Part shown: positions 30,604 to 40,458 of the stretch, piece by piece
Position numbering within the stretch: the stretch's first letter is position 1
Layout of the letters: each line of letters begins with the position of its first letter
From: an uncultured bacterium
GTDB taxonomy: Bacteria > Chloroflexota > UBA5177 > JANWHV01
Direction of reading: 5' to 3'
Assembly (NCBI GenBank): GCA_963827235.1
Contig: CAWHAE010000020.1
Location: 160,001-224,000, forward strand
DNA length: 64,000 nucleotides
Made by a program: the position numbers and the translations under genes
Notes under the pieces: model-generated
The model's database searches: none
Seen by the model: only the letters and a program-made list of their open reading frames with translations
What the model was told of the DNA's origin: nothing

Positions 30604-30680
30604 TGCTGCGCATGATAGGAGTCGACTCCACCTGGTTTCCTGGGCGATGGTGAGTCCGGCCCGAGCTGCCGCCACCAGAG
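30604..30680 (-). pseudogene. Decayed copy of tRNA-Leu(UAA)
   Basis: Ungapped hand alignment to 39027-39079 gives 36/53 identities, directly adjoining the shared flank; acceptor stem and anticodon are destroyed. Confidence 0.65.
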
Positions 30681-30910
30681 GAGTGGCCTGAATGTCGGGC
30701 CCGGCCGTGCCACGCTCTGCAGCACCATGGTGGGGGCGGGCATGCCCGGATCCTGGCCCGCGCACGTTTCGCTCGTACCACCACCTGTATGCTTCCCAGA
30801 GGTAGTTGCGGTGTCAACCTGGCTGTCGCTTGCTCGCGACCGCAGTCGCCACGTGCGCTGCCATGCGACCACAGTCGCAGGTTCGTCCTACAGCTTCTGG
30901 TTGGAAGCAT

Positions 30911-31810
30911 CTAGCTGGACGTGGCCCCTTCGGGCGCCGCCTGGGAGGCGGCCGCCGCTCCGGCGAAGGAACTGGTCGGTGGATCGGCGAGGTATTTGTC
31001 GATGATCGGCGCCAGCTCGGGCGCGGTCACGAAATTGTAGTGGCTGTAGCCGGGAACGATCGCGAGCCGCGCCTTCGAGAGCTGGGTGTTCTGCCAGCCG
31101 GGCTCCTTCACGCCGCCGCCGAGCAGCGCGAAAAACTCTGCAATGTGTTGCTGCGACACCGAGTCGTTGTCGGCGAAAACCAGCATCACCGGCATGGGCA
31201 GTCTTTTCACGTCGGCGGACCAGTCGTAGGACGCGCCCATCATCTTGCCCATCTTGTCGAGGAATTCCGGGAAGCGCCGCGGCTCCGGCCATTGCCTCGA
31301 GAATTTGCCTGTGGGCGTCTGCCATATGTACTCGGCCATGGCGGCGCTGACGTTTGCCATGCCCTCCTGCGCCTCGGGGTACCAGCCGCGCTTGGCGTAC
31401 GGGCTGGAGATGACGACGAGCCGGCGGACCTTTTCCGGATGCTGGATGGCGGTGCGCAGGCCGACCGCGGCGCCGAGCGATAAGCCGGCGATATCGGCCC
31501 GGGCGATGCTGAGCTGGTCGAGCAGCGCGGCCACGTCGTCGCCCATGGTCTCGAACGAAAGCGGTCGCTCGGTGTCCGCCGTGCGGCCGTGGCCCTGCAG
31601 CTCGACCGCGATCACCTTGTGTGTCTTCGCCAGGGGCTCCAGCAACGCCACCATTTCACCGATCGTCATCAGGCCGCCGTGCAGCAGGACCAGCGGTTCA
31701 CCCTGTCCGTAGATCTCGTGATACAGCTTGATGCCATGCACGTCGGCATAGCCCGAGGAGACGGGCGCGCGCCGCGCGCGCGTTGATGTTTCCGTTGTAA
31801 TCTCCGGCAT
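30911..31810 (-). CDS. Alpha/beta hydrolase
   Basis: LVLLHGG, QGHGRT, GLSLGA nucleophile elbow, PGYSH; AAGGAG RBS. Confidence 0.92.
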   Translation of the reverse strand: MPEITTETSTRARRAPVSSGYADVHGIKLYHEIYGQGEPLVLLHGGLMTIGEMVALLEPLAKTHKVIAVELQGHGRTADTERPLSFETMGDDVAALLDQLSIARADIAGLSLGAAVGLRTAIQHPEKVRRLVVISSPYAKRGWYPEAQEGMANVSAAMAEYIWQTPTGKFSRQWPEPRRFPEFLDKMGKMMGASYDWSADVKRLPMPVMLVFADNDSVSQQHIAEFFALLGGGVKEPGWQNTQLSKARLAIVPGYSHYNFVTAPELAPIIDKYLADPPTSSFAGAAAASQAAPEGATSS

Positions 31811-32202
31811 GGCTGGCTACTCCTTTGCAGCGGATGGGCGACGAGTGACGATCCTGTCCGCGTGCCTATCACGGCCGCTTTCAACAGTCTACGCATATTC
31901 GCCTCATCATCGGATCTTTGAGATAGCGCGTGATCACGCCGGCCCCAGACCGGTCATCGCCGCGGGCGAGCCCGTGGGCAGAATGCCTGCCGCGTGTGCG
32001 GGGCAAAGCCCCTTCGGCGACGTACCGCTTACGGAAACCGTTGGCAACGCGCAGGCGAAGCCGTTAGCGCTGCTGTAGGTTCCTCATGGCTGCCGAGGCG
32101 GCCGCGGCTCAGACTGTACAGCATGATGGCAGCCGGCCACGCACATGGAGATGTGAAGGACATCGTGGTATGTGGCCCAGACGCCAGGAAAGGGAATAAC
32201 CG

Positions 32203-33297
32203 ATGGATCGGAATCTGCGGACCATGCCGATGGAGCAGGGGATAGCGCCCGAGCTCGCGGTACTCGGCGACAAGCTCAAGGCGATGGAGTCTGAGTTGCG
32301 GGCACTTCGAGCGAGTCGCGCCACACGGCCTGCCTCTCTGCTCGGGCGTACAGCCCTGGGCCGCATCGCCCGCGCCGGCATCGTCGCCAGTCTGCTGCTC
32401 TTGACGCTCGGGCATAGCGCCCTGGCCAGCGTGCCCGACGCCGGCGGGGTCATTCACGGGTGCTATGCCCCCCATGACGACGGGTCGCTGCGCGTCATCG
32501 ATACCGGCACGGGTGCGCAATGCCACCGATCGGAAATCGCGCTCACCTGGAGTCAACGAGGGCCGCAGGGTATTGCCGGACCACAGGGCCCAGTTGGTCC
32601 GACGGGCGCGACGGGGCCGCAAGGGCCAATCGGCCTGACAGGCGCGGCGGGGCCGCAAGGGCCGATCGGCCTGACTGGTACGACGGGGCTACAGGGGCCC
32701 CAGGGTGTCGCCGGACCGAAGGGCGATCCTGGACCGGCTGGCTCCTCTTCGCCGTACGTGTGTTTCCACTGCTCAGCCTCGCAGATCACTGCCGATCTCG
32801 CCGCTTTGGCTCCGCAGCAACCGAATTACCAGGCGCTGTACTACCCATATTCCGACCTGACCAACGCCAACCTGAGTCTTGACGACCTGACCAACGCCAA
32901 CCTGGCCGGCGCCACCCTGACGAGCGCCAACCTCCAGGGCGCTATCCTGGCGAGCGCCGACATGAACGCGGCCTTCCTGCCCGGTGCCAACCTGAGTTCT
33001 GCCTTCATGGAGTACGCCAGCTTGAGCGGTGCCTGGCTTGTCGGTGACGATTTCTCCAACGCTGGACTGCGCGGCGTCAATATGGCCAGGGCCAATCTGA
33101 GCCAGACGACGCTGCTGGGCGCCAATCTGCCAGGCGCCAACCTTACGAACGCCAATCTTACCGGCGCCAACCTCTCCAACGCCAATCTCGCCGGCGCCGT
33201 GGTCACGGGAGTCACCTACCACAACACCACCTGTCCTGATGGCCAGAACAGCGACAACCTTGGCGGTACCTGTGCCGGGCAGGGCGGCGGCTTGTAG
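32203..33297 (+). CDS. Exported collagen-like (Gly-X-Y) plus pentapeptide-repeat protein
   Basis: Hydrophobic segment; Cys-pair domain (VIHGCY...QC); about 20 GXY triplets; many A(N/D)Lxx pentapeptides; TTCPDG tail. Confidence 0.85.
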   Translation: MDRNLRTMPMEQGIAPELAVLGDKLKAMESELRALRASRATRPASLLGRTALGRIARAGIVASLLLLTLGHSALASVPDAGGVIHGCYAPHDDGSLRVIDTGTGAQCHRSEIALTWSQRGPQGIAGPQGPVGPTGATGPQGPIGLTGAAGPQGPIGLTGTTGLQGPQGVAGPKGDPGPAGSSSPYVCFHCSASQITADLAALAPQQPNYQALYYPYSDLTNANLSLDDLTNANLAGATLTSANLQGAILASADMNAAFLPGANLSSAFMEYASLSGAWLVGDDFSNAGLRGVNMARANLSQTTLLGANLPGANLTNANLTGANLSNANLAGAVVTGVTYHNTTCPDGQNSDNLGGTCAGQGGGL

Positions 33298-33413
33298 GAC
33301 GTCCTCACAGGACCGCGATGCGACCAGGGCCGCCAATGCGATCTCGCGCCGGCGGCCCTTGTCCGCCCCGGGTCGGATGTCTCGCCTCCGATCATCGCGG
33401 GTGTTGTCTAGAG

Positions 33414-33522
33414 GGTGGCCACGGCGAGATCTGCACACCGCGACCGCACCCCGGCAATTCACCCCGGGGTTGCTTACGGCCCGCCAGCTGCGAACTTCGC
33501 TCCGCCCGCGCGTGTTGTACCG
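33414..33522 (+). repeat. Dispersed intergenic repeat, copy C
   Basis: GGCCACGGCGAGATCTGCACACCGCGAC...GTTGCTTACGGCCCGCCAG...CCGCCCGCGCGTGTT matches copy A. Confidence 0.7.
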
Positions 33523-33570
33523 ACTCTTGAGTACGGGCTCCAGGCTGGGAGTGAGGCTGGGCCCGCGGAC

Positions 33571-33598
33571 GTGACACACAGGTGACAGCGCGGTGACA
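33571..33598. promoter_or_regulatory. Three GTGACA direct repeats at 11-bp period; candidate regulator site
   Basis: GTGACA at 33571, 33582 and 33593. Confidence 0.45.
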
Positions 33599-33728
33599 AT
33601 GTGATTCGCCCGTCCCGGTGTGGGCACGGCTCGCGACAGTGTGCGCGAGGGTCGATCACCTGACCGCCGGCCACTTGTGCTTGATCGATTCCGGGCGACA
33701 CTCGTCATGAGTGCCAGGTCTGCCGCGA

Positions 33729-36700
33729 CTAGCCGCCTCGCGCGCTGGGCTGGGGCGACCTTCCCTCTGAGCGTCCCGACGATGCCATTCCCAACTGCGT
33801 GTCGACGATCTGGTCCGCGGGCACTATCGTCCCCTTCGTCCAGGCATCAGCAAACTCGCGGTCACCTAGAAGTTCCCGCGCGCGATCGAGTGTGCGCCGA
33901 TACGCGGCGGCATTGAAGGGGGGCAATGGGGCTCGAATCTCTGAGCGAAGCGCTGTGGCCGCGGCAGAGAGCTCGACCGCGCGCTTCGCCATGCTCTGTG
34001 CCACCGCGAGTGTTGCCATCGCCTCCAGACACACGGCCACGATGCTGCGTGGCCCTGCCACCCACGAAAGCGAGAGGGCCTCGGCCAGGGAGGCAGAGGC
34101 CGGCTCCAGGTCCCCTGCCGCGCACTGAATGCGCCCCAGCGTTGTGAGCGACTCTGCAAGACTTGGCTGATTACAGAGCTCGCGGAATGTGTCGACACTT
34201 TCCCGGGAGTAGGCTAGAGCTCGATCAAGATCGTCCCGCATGTATGCCGCAAGCGCCAGGTTATTGAGCGAGAAACCGGCTGCCCCGACGTCGCCCAGGG
34301 TACGAAACGCGGCGGCACTCTCCTCGCAACACTCTTGGACCCGTTGGGCATCCCCCTCGTCGCACGCGATATCGCCAAGACCCAGCAAGGCGAGAGCACT
34401 ACCAAGCCGGTCGTCCAGCACACGATGCAGGGCCAGGCATTCTTCGTAGAGTGCGGCTGCCCGCTCGTAATTGCCCCGCGCGCGTTCGACCATGCCCAGC
34501 CGGAAGAGGGACAGGCCGAGGCCCCGCCGATCAATGCTCGCCCTGCTGCCGGCTGCGCGGTGGCGGGCCACGCACTCTTCCAGCAGCGTGACGGCGTGGT
34601 CATGGTCACCGTTCGTATAGGCCCACATGGCATTGTTGATCAGCAAGTCGGTCTCACCTCCCGGTAGGCCCAGGTCGCGTCGCAGCGCTACGCACTCCTG
34701 GAGGAGCTCTGTGGCGCGCGCGAAATCGCCTTGCCACTGCGCCAACCAACCGGCTCCCGTCAACACCTCGGCACGCGCCGCGGGCATCACGGACACTCGA
34801 CCGGTACCATCCGCGTCAAGCAACCGCGTCAACCACCTTCGCCCTTCACTCAGACGCCCCTGCATTTGCCAAAATCTCCACAGTGCAGCGCCAAGCCGCA
34901 AGCCCGTGGCACGCCGGACGCCGGTGCGCTGCGCAACGGGCAGGTCATCCGTAACCCGGTCCTCTTCCTCGTCCAGTGCCCACTCCAGCGCGAGACGCAG
35001 GTTCTCTCGCTCGCGCTCCAACTGCAGAAGCCACCACTCCCTGGCCGGCGTGGACAGCTCGGGCACCGCTGACTCGGCGAGTCCCAGGTAGTACTCTGCG
35101 TGCATCCGCCGTCGTGTTTCAGCTTCCCCACTGGCATCCAGGCACTCTTGCGCAAACTCGCGGATCGTCTCCAGTAGCCCAGTGCGTCGTGTGTTGGTTC
35201 CGGGCCCGTCGGCACTCATCACGACGAGGTTGTGATCGGCCAGTGACGCCATCGTGTCGGGCACGCTCGCTCCGCCGGCCTGCACGCAGATTGCCTCTGC
35301 GGCGTCGAGCGTACACCCACCGGCAAATACGGCAAGGCAGGCAAAGAGCTGCCGTTCTTCAGCCGTGAGCAGTTCATAGCTCCAGTTGATGACGGCACGA
35401 AGGGTTTGCTGCCGCGCAGGGAGATCTCGCGGCCCTTTGATCAATACGGCGAGAGGCCGCTTCAGGGCGGCGCAGAGATCTGCCGGGGAGAGCAACCTGC
35501 AGCGCACCGCGGCCAGCTCAATGGCCAGCGGCAGTCCATCCAATCGTTGGCATATCGCCGCGACCTCCCTCAGCTCGACGTCATCATGCAACGCAAACTC
35601 TGGATTCACCGCCCGCACGCGCGACACGAAGAGCTGGATCGCGCTGTATGCCGCTGAGTGCTGTGTGATCGCTTGGCCTCTGGGAGGCAGGGCCAGAGGT
35701 ACCACGGGGAACTGTTGTTCCGCGCGCACACCGAGCGGCATTCGGCTGGTCACGACCACGGTCAAGTGTGACGTCGCCGCGATCAGATCAGCCACAAACG
35801 GTGCTGCATCGATCACCTGCTCGAAATTGTCCAGCACCATCAGCATGTGCCTGGCATGCACGTATGTTAATACCAGTGAACGGGTGCTCTGATCGCCTTC
35901 TTCACGCAGACCGAGAGCCTTGGCCATCGTGGAGACGACGAGTCCCGGATCGCGCAGCGCCGTCAGATCGACGAAGGCTACACCATCTGCGTAGAGATCC
36001 CCTAGGTGTGCCGCGACGGCGAGCGCTAGACGAGTCTTGCCGACTCCACCCGGCCCGGTCAACGTGAGAAGGCGCATGCCTCCCTGCTCGAGCAAGTCGA
36101 CTATCGCTGCGACCGCGTGTTCGCGGCCGAGCAGCGGTGTCGGCGGGGAGAGGGCTGCGGTCCTCCGGGGATCGAGCGTGCGGAAGTCCGATTCTTCCTG
36201 TGCCGCACTGATGCCTGGAAGATGGACCGGTGTCGATTCCTGTGGGTCGCAGGACAGTGATGCATCGGCCGTTGTGGCCAGGACGGCGTGCTCGGCGGGA
36301 GTGAGCCCGAGGGCAGCGGCGAGCAAAGTGAGGGTGGCGGCACGCGGGGCGGTACGCCGTCCACGCTCCAGCGCGCGAATTGTATCGCGGCTGAGATTCG
36401 AGCGCTCAGCTAACATCTCCTGCGAGAGTCCCGCGGTAATACGGTAGCGCCGCAACGCGCTGCCAAACGACAGGGGTGATGCCGCGCTCGTCCCTGTCCG
36501 CCTCTCGCGTGTGGCCACGCTAGCGTTTTCGGATTGGGCGTCCAGATAGCTGCTCCTGGGCAGTCGTCGTGCCGGCCCATCGGCGCCCTGATCGTCCTGA
36601 ACCCCGTCCGGCCGACGTCTCGCCACCGGCGACGGGTACGCGTCAGCCGGTCGGGGCATCTCCACCACGGACACAGTATTGCGCAGGCGAGATGATCGCC

Positions 36701-36920
36701 GCGCCGCCGCTTCCAGCGCTATGCGGTCGGCGTCGGCTATCGCCAACGCCTCGACAAGGAGCGCGAGCGTATCGCGGCGAGGAGCACGATAAACACCGCG
36801 CTCGAGGTCGCTGATGGTTCGCCAGCTCACCCCTGCACGTTCGGCCAGCTCTTCCTGCGTCAGTCCAGCAGCCAGCCGGAGGCGGCGTAGCACGTAACCG
36901 AATGAGGGAACAGCTTCCAT
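33729..36920 (-). CDS. STAND-type (NB-ARC-like) ATPase regulator: 2 XRE HTH, ATPase, TPR
   Basis: Two FG..LRR.R..AGL(T/S)QE.LAER domains; Walker A GPGGVGKT; Walker B LMVLDNFE; GLPLAIEL; TPR-like tail. Confidence 0.9.
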   Translation of the reverse strand: MEAVPSFGYVLRRLRLAAGLTQEELAERAGVSWRTISDLERGVYRAPRRDTLALLVEALAIADADRIALEAAARRSSRLRNTVSVVEMPRPADAYPSPVARRRPDGVQDDQGADGPARRLPRSSYLDAQSENASVATRERRTGTSAASPLSFGSALRRYRITAGLSQEMLAERSNLSRDTIRALERGRRTAPRAATLTLLAAALGLTPAEHAVLATTADASLSCDPQESTPVHLPGISAAQEESDFRTLDPRRTAALSPPTPLLGREHAVAAIVDLLEQGGMRLLTLTGPGGVGKTRLALAVAAHLGDLYADGVAFVDLTALRDPGLVVSTMAKALGLREEGDQSTRSLVLTYVHARHMLMVLDNFEQVIDAAPFVADLIAATSHLTVVVTSRMPLGVRAEQQFPVVPLALPPRGQAITQHSAAYSAIQLFVSRVRAVNPEFALHDDVELREVAAICQRLDGLPLAIELAAVRCRLLSPADLCAALKRPLAVLIKGPRDLPARQQTLRAVINWSYELLTAEERQLFACLAVFAGGCTLDAAEAICVQAGGASVPDTMASLADHNLVVMSADGPGTNTRRTGLLETIREFAQECLDASGEAETRRRMHAEYYLGLAESAVPELSTPAREWWLLQLERERENLRLALEWALDEEEDRVTDDLPVAQRTGVRRATGLRLGAALWRFWQMQGRLSEGRRWLTRLLDADGTGRVSVMPAARAEVLTGAGWLAQWQGDFARATELLQECVALRRDLGLPGGETDLLINNAMWAYTNGDHDHAVTLLEECVARHRAAGSRASIDRRGLGLSLFRLGMVERARGNYERAAALYEECLALHRVLDDRLGSALALLGLGDIACDEGDAQRVQECCEESAAAFRTLGDVGAAGFSLNNLALAAYMRDDLDRALAYSRESVDTFRELCNQPSLAESLTTLGRIQCAAGDLEPASASLAEALSLSWVAGPRSIVAVCLEAMATLAVAQSMAKRAVELSAAATALRSEIRAPLPPFNAAAYRRTLDRARELLGDREFADAWTKGTIVPADQIVDTQLGMASSGRSEGRSPQPSARGG

Positions 36921-37344
36921 AATGGTTGGCTTCCTGGGGTGGCGAAGCGGAATTGGTTCATCGGAAGTGCTGGCCGCTACTCCCACTATAGCTATAGCAG
37001 AACGCTGCGACCGCACAGGGAAACTTCTGGCGAGACGAAGGTGCATGACCGCCGGCAGGCATTGTCGAGCGAGCGGATGCCATCGCCTGAGCGCGCCACT
37101 GCTCAGGCACTGAGTGCCTCATCGTATGACCGCGCTCGAGACAGGGGTGGGCGCCGAATCACCCTGTGCTGCGGCTGCTGCGCATCGTACTGCTACCCTT
37201 ACTGGTAGTGGTCAACGCCGGCTTGGTTTCTGGCCAGGGCGAAGGTCGGGCTCGAGATTCCTCGTGCGCCGTGTCCCAACCCATAGATGGTCGAGTCCAA
37301 CCTGGAACGGCCGAGTCAGTAGCACGCGAGAGGGAGATCAGCCC

Positions 37345-38385
37345 GTGGAATGCAGACTGCTCGGCGACTCCGGGTTTGCCGTGTCGGCCCTGAGCTTCGG
37401 CGCCGCAACATTTGGTACAGACAACCAGCCCGGCTTGAGCATGTGGGGAAACGCTGATGCCGCCCAGGCACGGCGCCTGGTCGATATCTGCCTGGACGCA
37501 GGGGCGATCCTCTTCGACACGGCGGACGTCTACTCGGCGGGACGGTCTGAAGAGGTGCTCGGCGAAGCGCTGCGAGGGCGGCGTGACCGGGTGCAGATCA
37601 TGACGAAGGCGACCGGCCGCATGAGCGACGAGCCGAATGCGGTAGGCACCTCGCGGTACCACCTAGTCCGCGCATGTGAGGACAGCCTGCGCCGGCTCCA
37701 GACGGACTACGTGGACATCTACACGTTGCACGGGTTCGACGCACGGACATCAGTAGAGGAAACGCTGGGGGCACTTGAGACGCTGGTGCAGAGCGGCAAA
37801 GTGCGCTACATCGCCTGCTCGAACTTCTCTGGCTGGCATCTGATGAAGTCACTGGCCGTCTCTGCGCAGCGTGGCTGGGCACGGTATGTGGCGCACCAGG
37901 CGTACTACTCCTTGCTCGGTCGGGAGTACGAGTGGGAGCTGATGCCGCTGGCCGTGGACCAGCGGGTCGGCACCATCGTGTGGGGGCCGTTGTCCCAGGG
38001 ACGACTGAGCGGGAAGTACCGGCGTGGCCAGCCGCCGCCAACGGGCACGCGCGTGGCACTGGGGGCCAGCGCGGTCCCCGCCGTGGACGAGGGCTGGCTC
38101 TACGGCATTGTCGACGCGCTCGACGCCATCAGCGCCGAGACGGGCAAGACCGTGGCGCAGGTCGCACTGAACTGGCTGCTGCAGCGGCCCACGGTGGCCA
38201 CCGTGATTATCGGTGCCAGGGACGAAGACCAGTTGCGGGAGAATCTCGGTGCGGTGGGGTGGAACCTGAGCGTTGAACACGTTGCGCGCCTTGACGCGGC
38301 AAGCGAGACGAGCTCCATCTATCCCTACTGGCACCAGCGGGGATTCGCCGAGCGTAATCCGACGCCGACGACGTTCTACAGGTGA
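37345..38385 (+). CDS. Aldo/keto reductase
   Basis: [35 protein letters not shown]; GTG start after AGGGAG. Confidence 0.93.
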   Translation: MECRLLGDSGFAVSALSFGAATFGTDNQPGLSMWGNADAAQARRLVDICLDAGAILFDTADVYSAGRSEEVLGEALRGRRDRVQIMTKATGRMSDEPNAVGTSRYHLVRACEDSLRRLQTDYVDIYTLHGFDARTSVEETLGALETLVQSGKVRYIACSNFSGWHLMKSLAVSAQRGWARYVAHQAYYSLLGREYEWELMPLAVDQRVGTIVWGPLSQGRLSGKYRRGQPPPTGTRVALGASAVPAVDEGWLYGIVDALDAISAETGKTVAQVALNWLLQRPTVATVIIGARDEDQLRENLGAVGWNLSVEHVARLDAASETSSIYPYWHQRGFAERNPTPTTFYR

Positions 38386-38559
38386 CATGCCGGGATTGCC
38401 GGCGCATGGATTGTGGCATGCGACGCGCTCTCGGTTGACCCACCCGGTGAGCGAAGTCGATGGTGCGTGTTCCCTCGGTGCCTGTTCCATGCTGGCGGCG
38501 GCCGCAGTGTCTATACTGCCAGTCGGCCGGCGAGGACTGCCGCGATCGGCTGGGGAGCA

Positions 38560-39026
38560 TGTCGATCTCGGGGCGGCCAATCAGACGCGGGAACGGCCGG
38601 TCGCCTGAGGCCGGCAGGCCGCACGGACCTCGCAGAGAACGGCCGTGAGCGACTTGAAGTCGGCTTGGGATGATAGCAGATCAGCCCAGCTGCCCCGACC
38701 ATCGAGCTGATCATCCGCTGCGAGGACCATCTGTCCCGCCAGCTCACGCGCGCCATGGACCGGCTCGAGCGTCTGCGGCCCACGCGTATCGAGCGCGCCG
38801 GCGCCGAACCGGCCGCGACCGGCTGTGATGCTGCCGGCGATGCTCCTGCCGGCCGCTGCCTGCGCCGTCATACGCATGGGAAACACGGAAGAACGCGAAA
38901 CGACGTCACCGGCATCGTCGGCTGCCGTCCCTTGCGGTGCCCCTGCCGGCCCTGCCGCTGCCGGCGCGAGCGCGCACGGGGCAGCAGCACACGGTCGGCA
39001 AGGCGGCTGCACCGCGGCCAATCTGC
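38560..39026 (+). pseudogene. Remnant of a hypothetical gene (…IELIIRCEDHLSRQLTRAMDRLERL…ETTSP tail)
   Basis: Coiled-coil-like reading at 38700-38780 with broken frames upstream; its 3' part is duplicated at 30124-30603. Confidence 0.4.
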
Positions 39027-39108
39027 TGGTGCCGGCGGTGGGAGTCGAACCCACACGGTTGCCCGAGCGATTTTAAGTCGCTTGCGTCTGCCATTCCGCC
39101 ACGCCGGC
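39027..39108 (-). tRNA. tRNA-Leu(UAA)
   Basis: GCCGGCG/CGCCGGC acceptor stem, anticodon loop CTTAAAA, variable arm, GTTCGACTC T-loop, encoded CCA. Promoter TTGACG-18-TACACT at 39157-39128. Confidence 0.96.
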
Positions 39109-39404
39109 CTTGGACCTTCGTGCGAAAAGTGTAGCCAGGTGCATCCGCCGGCGTCAATCTGCGCGCGGTCCGATAGATGGCCACGCCCAAGACACGGCAC
39201 GAGGCGAATCGCTCCTCTGATCGGCGCATGTTGCATGCGGCCCGCCGGCCGGGCACCCATCCTCCAACCGGGCTATGTCGGCGGACGCGTGACGGGGCCG
39301 ATCACATGCGCGTCTCGCCGGCGCCGCTATCGCGCCGCGCGCTGCCGTCCCGGGCCGGTGCCCGGCTCCCAACACGGCAGCGACAACCGCCTGTTGCCGC
39401 ACTG

Positions 39405-40010
39405 CTACCGCTGCTTGAAAGTCTGGATCACGCTCAGGAAGGTCGGCACAAGCAACAGGTGCCCTGCTCCGGGAAGCGTCCTGAATGCCGCGTCCCATCC
39501 TCGATCTCGAGCCACCCACACCGCGTCCGTCGATTCGATCCCGAACTCGTTGATGTCGAAGAGATAGGCGGTCGCGCCGTCGATGGCAATCGTCCCGAGC
39601 CGCCTTGCCGTGTAGCTGTTGCTCGAGTCCTGCTCGAAGTTTCGCAGCAATTGCAGCAGCCTCAGCTCGCCGTACGCCTCGGAAGTGAGGAGAGAGCCCG
39701 CCGGCAAGGGTTCGCCCTGCACGAAGAAATTGGCTCCCTTCCGGACCTCGAAGACATCCTCTTCGTAGTACGTCAGCGACTTGTGGCTGCCCCATATGCT
39801 TCCCTCCGCCACCCAGCTCGACGGGTAGCCGATGCTATAGGGCAGCACTTTGGAGGCGTACAAGCGATAGCCTGGAGGCAGCGTGGTCGCGGCTGCCGCG
39901 CCGGCCTGCCGGCTTCCACCCATGCGCGGGACGAGAGTCGTCCACGCGAGTACCAGGAGCAGGATCGCTATCGCCGGTTTGCATCGTAGGGAGTCATCTT
40001 GTCTGCCCAT
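39405..40010 (-). CDS. Exported hypothetical protein (PsbP-like)
   Basis: AAGGAG RBS; hydrophobic N-terminus; YSIGYPSSW motif; ends VIQTFK. Confidence 0.6.
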   Translation of the reverse strand: MGRQDDSLRCKPAIAILLLVLAWTTLVPRMGGSRQAGAAAATTLPPGYRLYASKVLPYSIGYPSSWVAEGSIWGSHKSLTYYEEDVFEVRKGANFFVQGEPLPAGSLLTSEAYGELRLLQLLRNFEQDSSNSYTARRLGTIAIDGATAYLFDINEFGIESTDAVWVARDRGWDAAFRTLPGAGHLLLVPTFLSVIQTFKQR

Positions 40011-40227
40011 GTCGGGTTCTCCTTCACGCGCACGCCCTGCTTTGAGCTCAACACCGACCAGTGTACTCGCGGTCTCCACATTTGGGCTGGCGGCGCTGCC
40101 GGATTGCCGACTCGTTCGGTCAATGGTGGCTTGGTGCCCGCCTCCGTGATGGCGCTGCTGGGCCCGCACTATTTCGGCGAATGGAATTCATCTTGCGCGC
40201 TCCACAACCGGCCACAGCCGGCCCGTA

Positions 40228-40317
40228 CCCTGCCATCCGCGGCTGGAGGCTACTATTTCCCTTCCATCCTCGCAGCTGGAGGCTACTATTTCCCTGCCAT
40301 CTTGCCGCGGTTGGAAG
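40228..40317 (+). repeat. Short tandem repeat, about 2.7 copies of a 31-33 bp unit
   Basis: GCTGGAGGCTACTATTTCCCT occurs twice and CCCT(G/T)CCATC three times. Confidence 0.75.
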
Positions 40318-40458
40318 ATCCTCGAGTTCACTGCGCGGCCGGCCTCGGTCGCGGTGTATTCTTGTAAGGCGGACGCGCGCCGCTCTTCGCCGTGCCTGGC
40401 TCAGCGTCGACGCTCGCGTCTGCTGTTCGCGGTCTCATTCGATCGAATGGAGGCAGTA

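Noticed and set aside
30680-39026. Active prophage or ICE at tRNA-Leu
   Set aside because: No integrase, phage or conjugation genes recognised, and the bounding repeats are heavily decayed.
39027-39108. bldA-like developmental control or a group I intron in tRNA-Leu(UAA)
   Set aside because: The anticodon loop is uninterrupted, and TTA occurs in housekeeping plsX (codon 8), arguing against a dispensable regulatory tRNA.
40228-40317. Possible mini-CRISPR array
   Set aside because: Units abut with no unique spacers, there are under three copies, and no cas genes are present.
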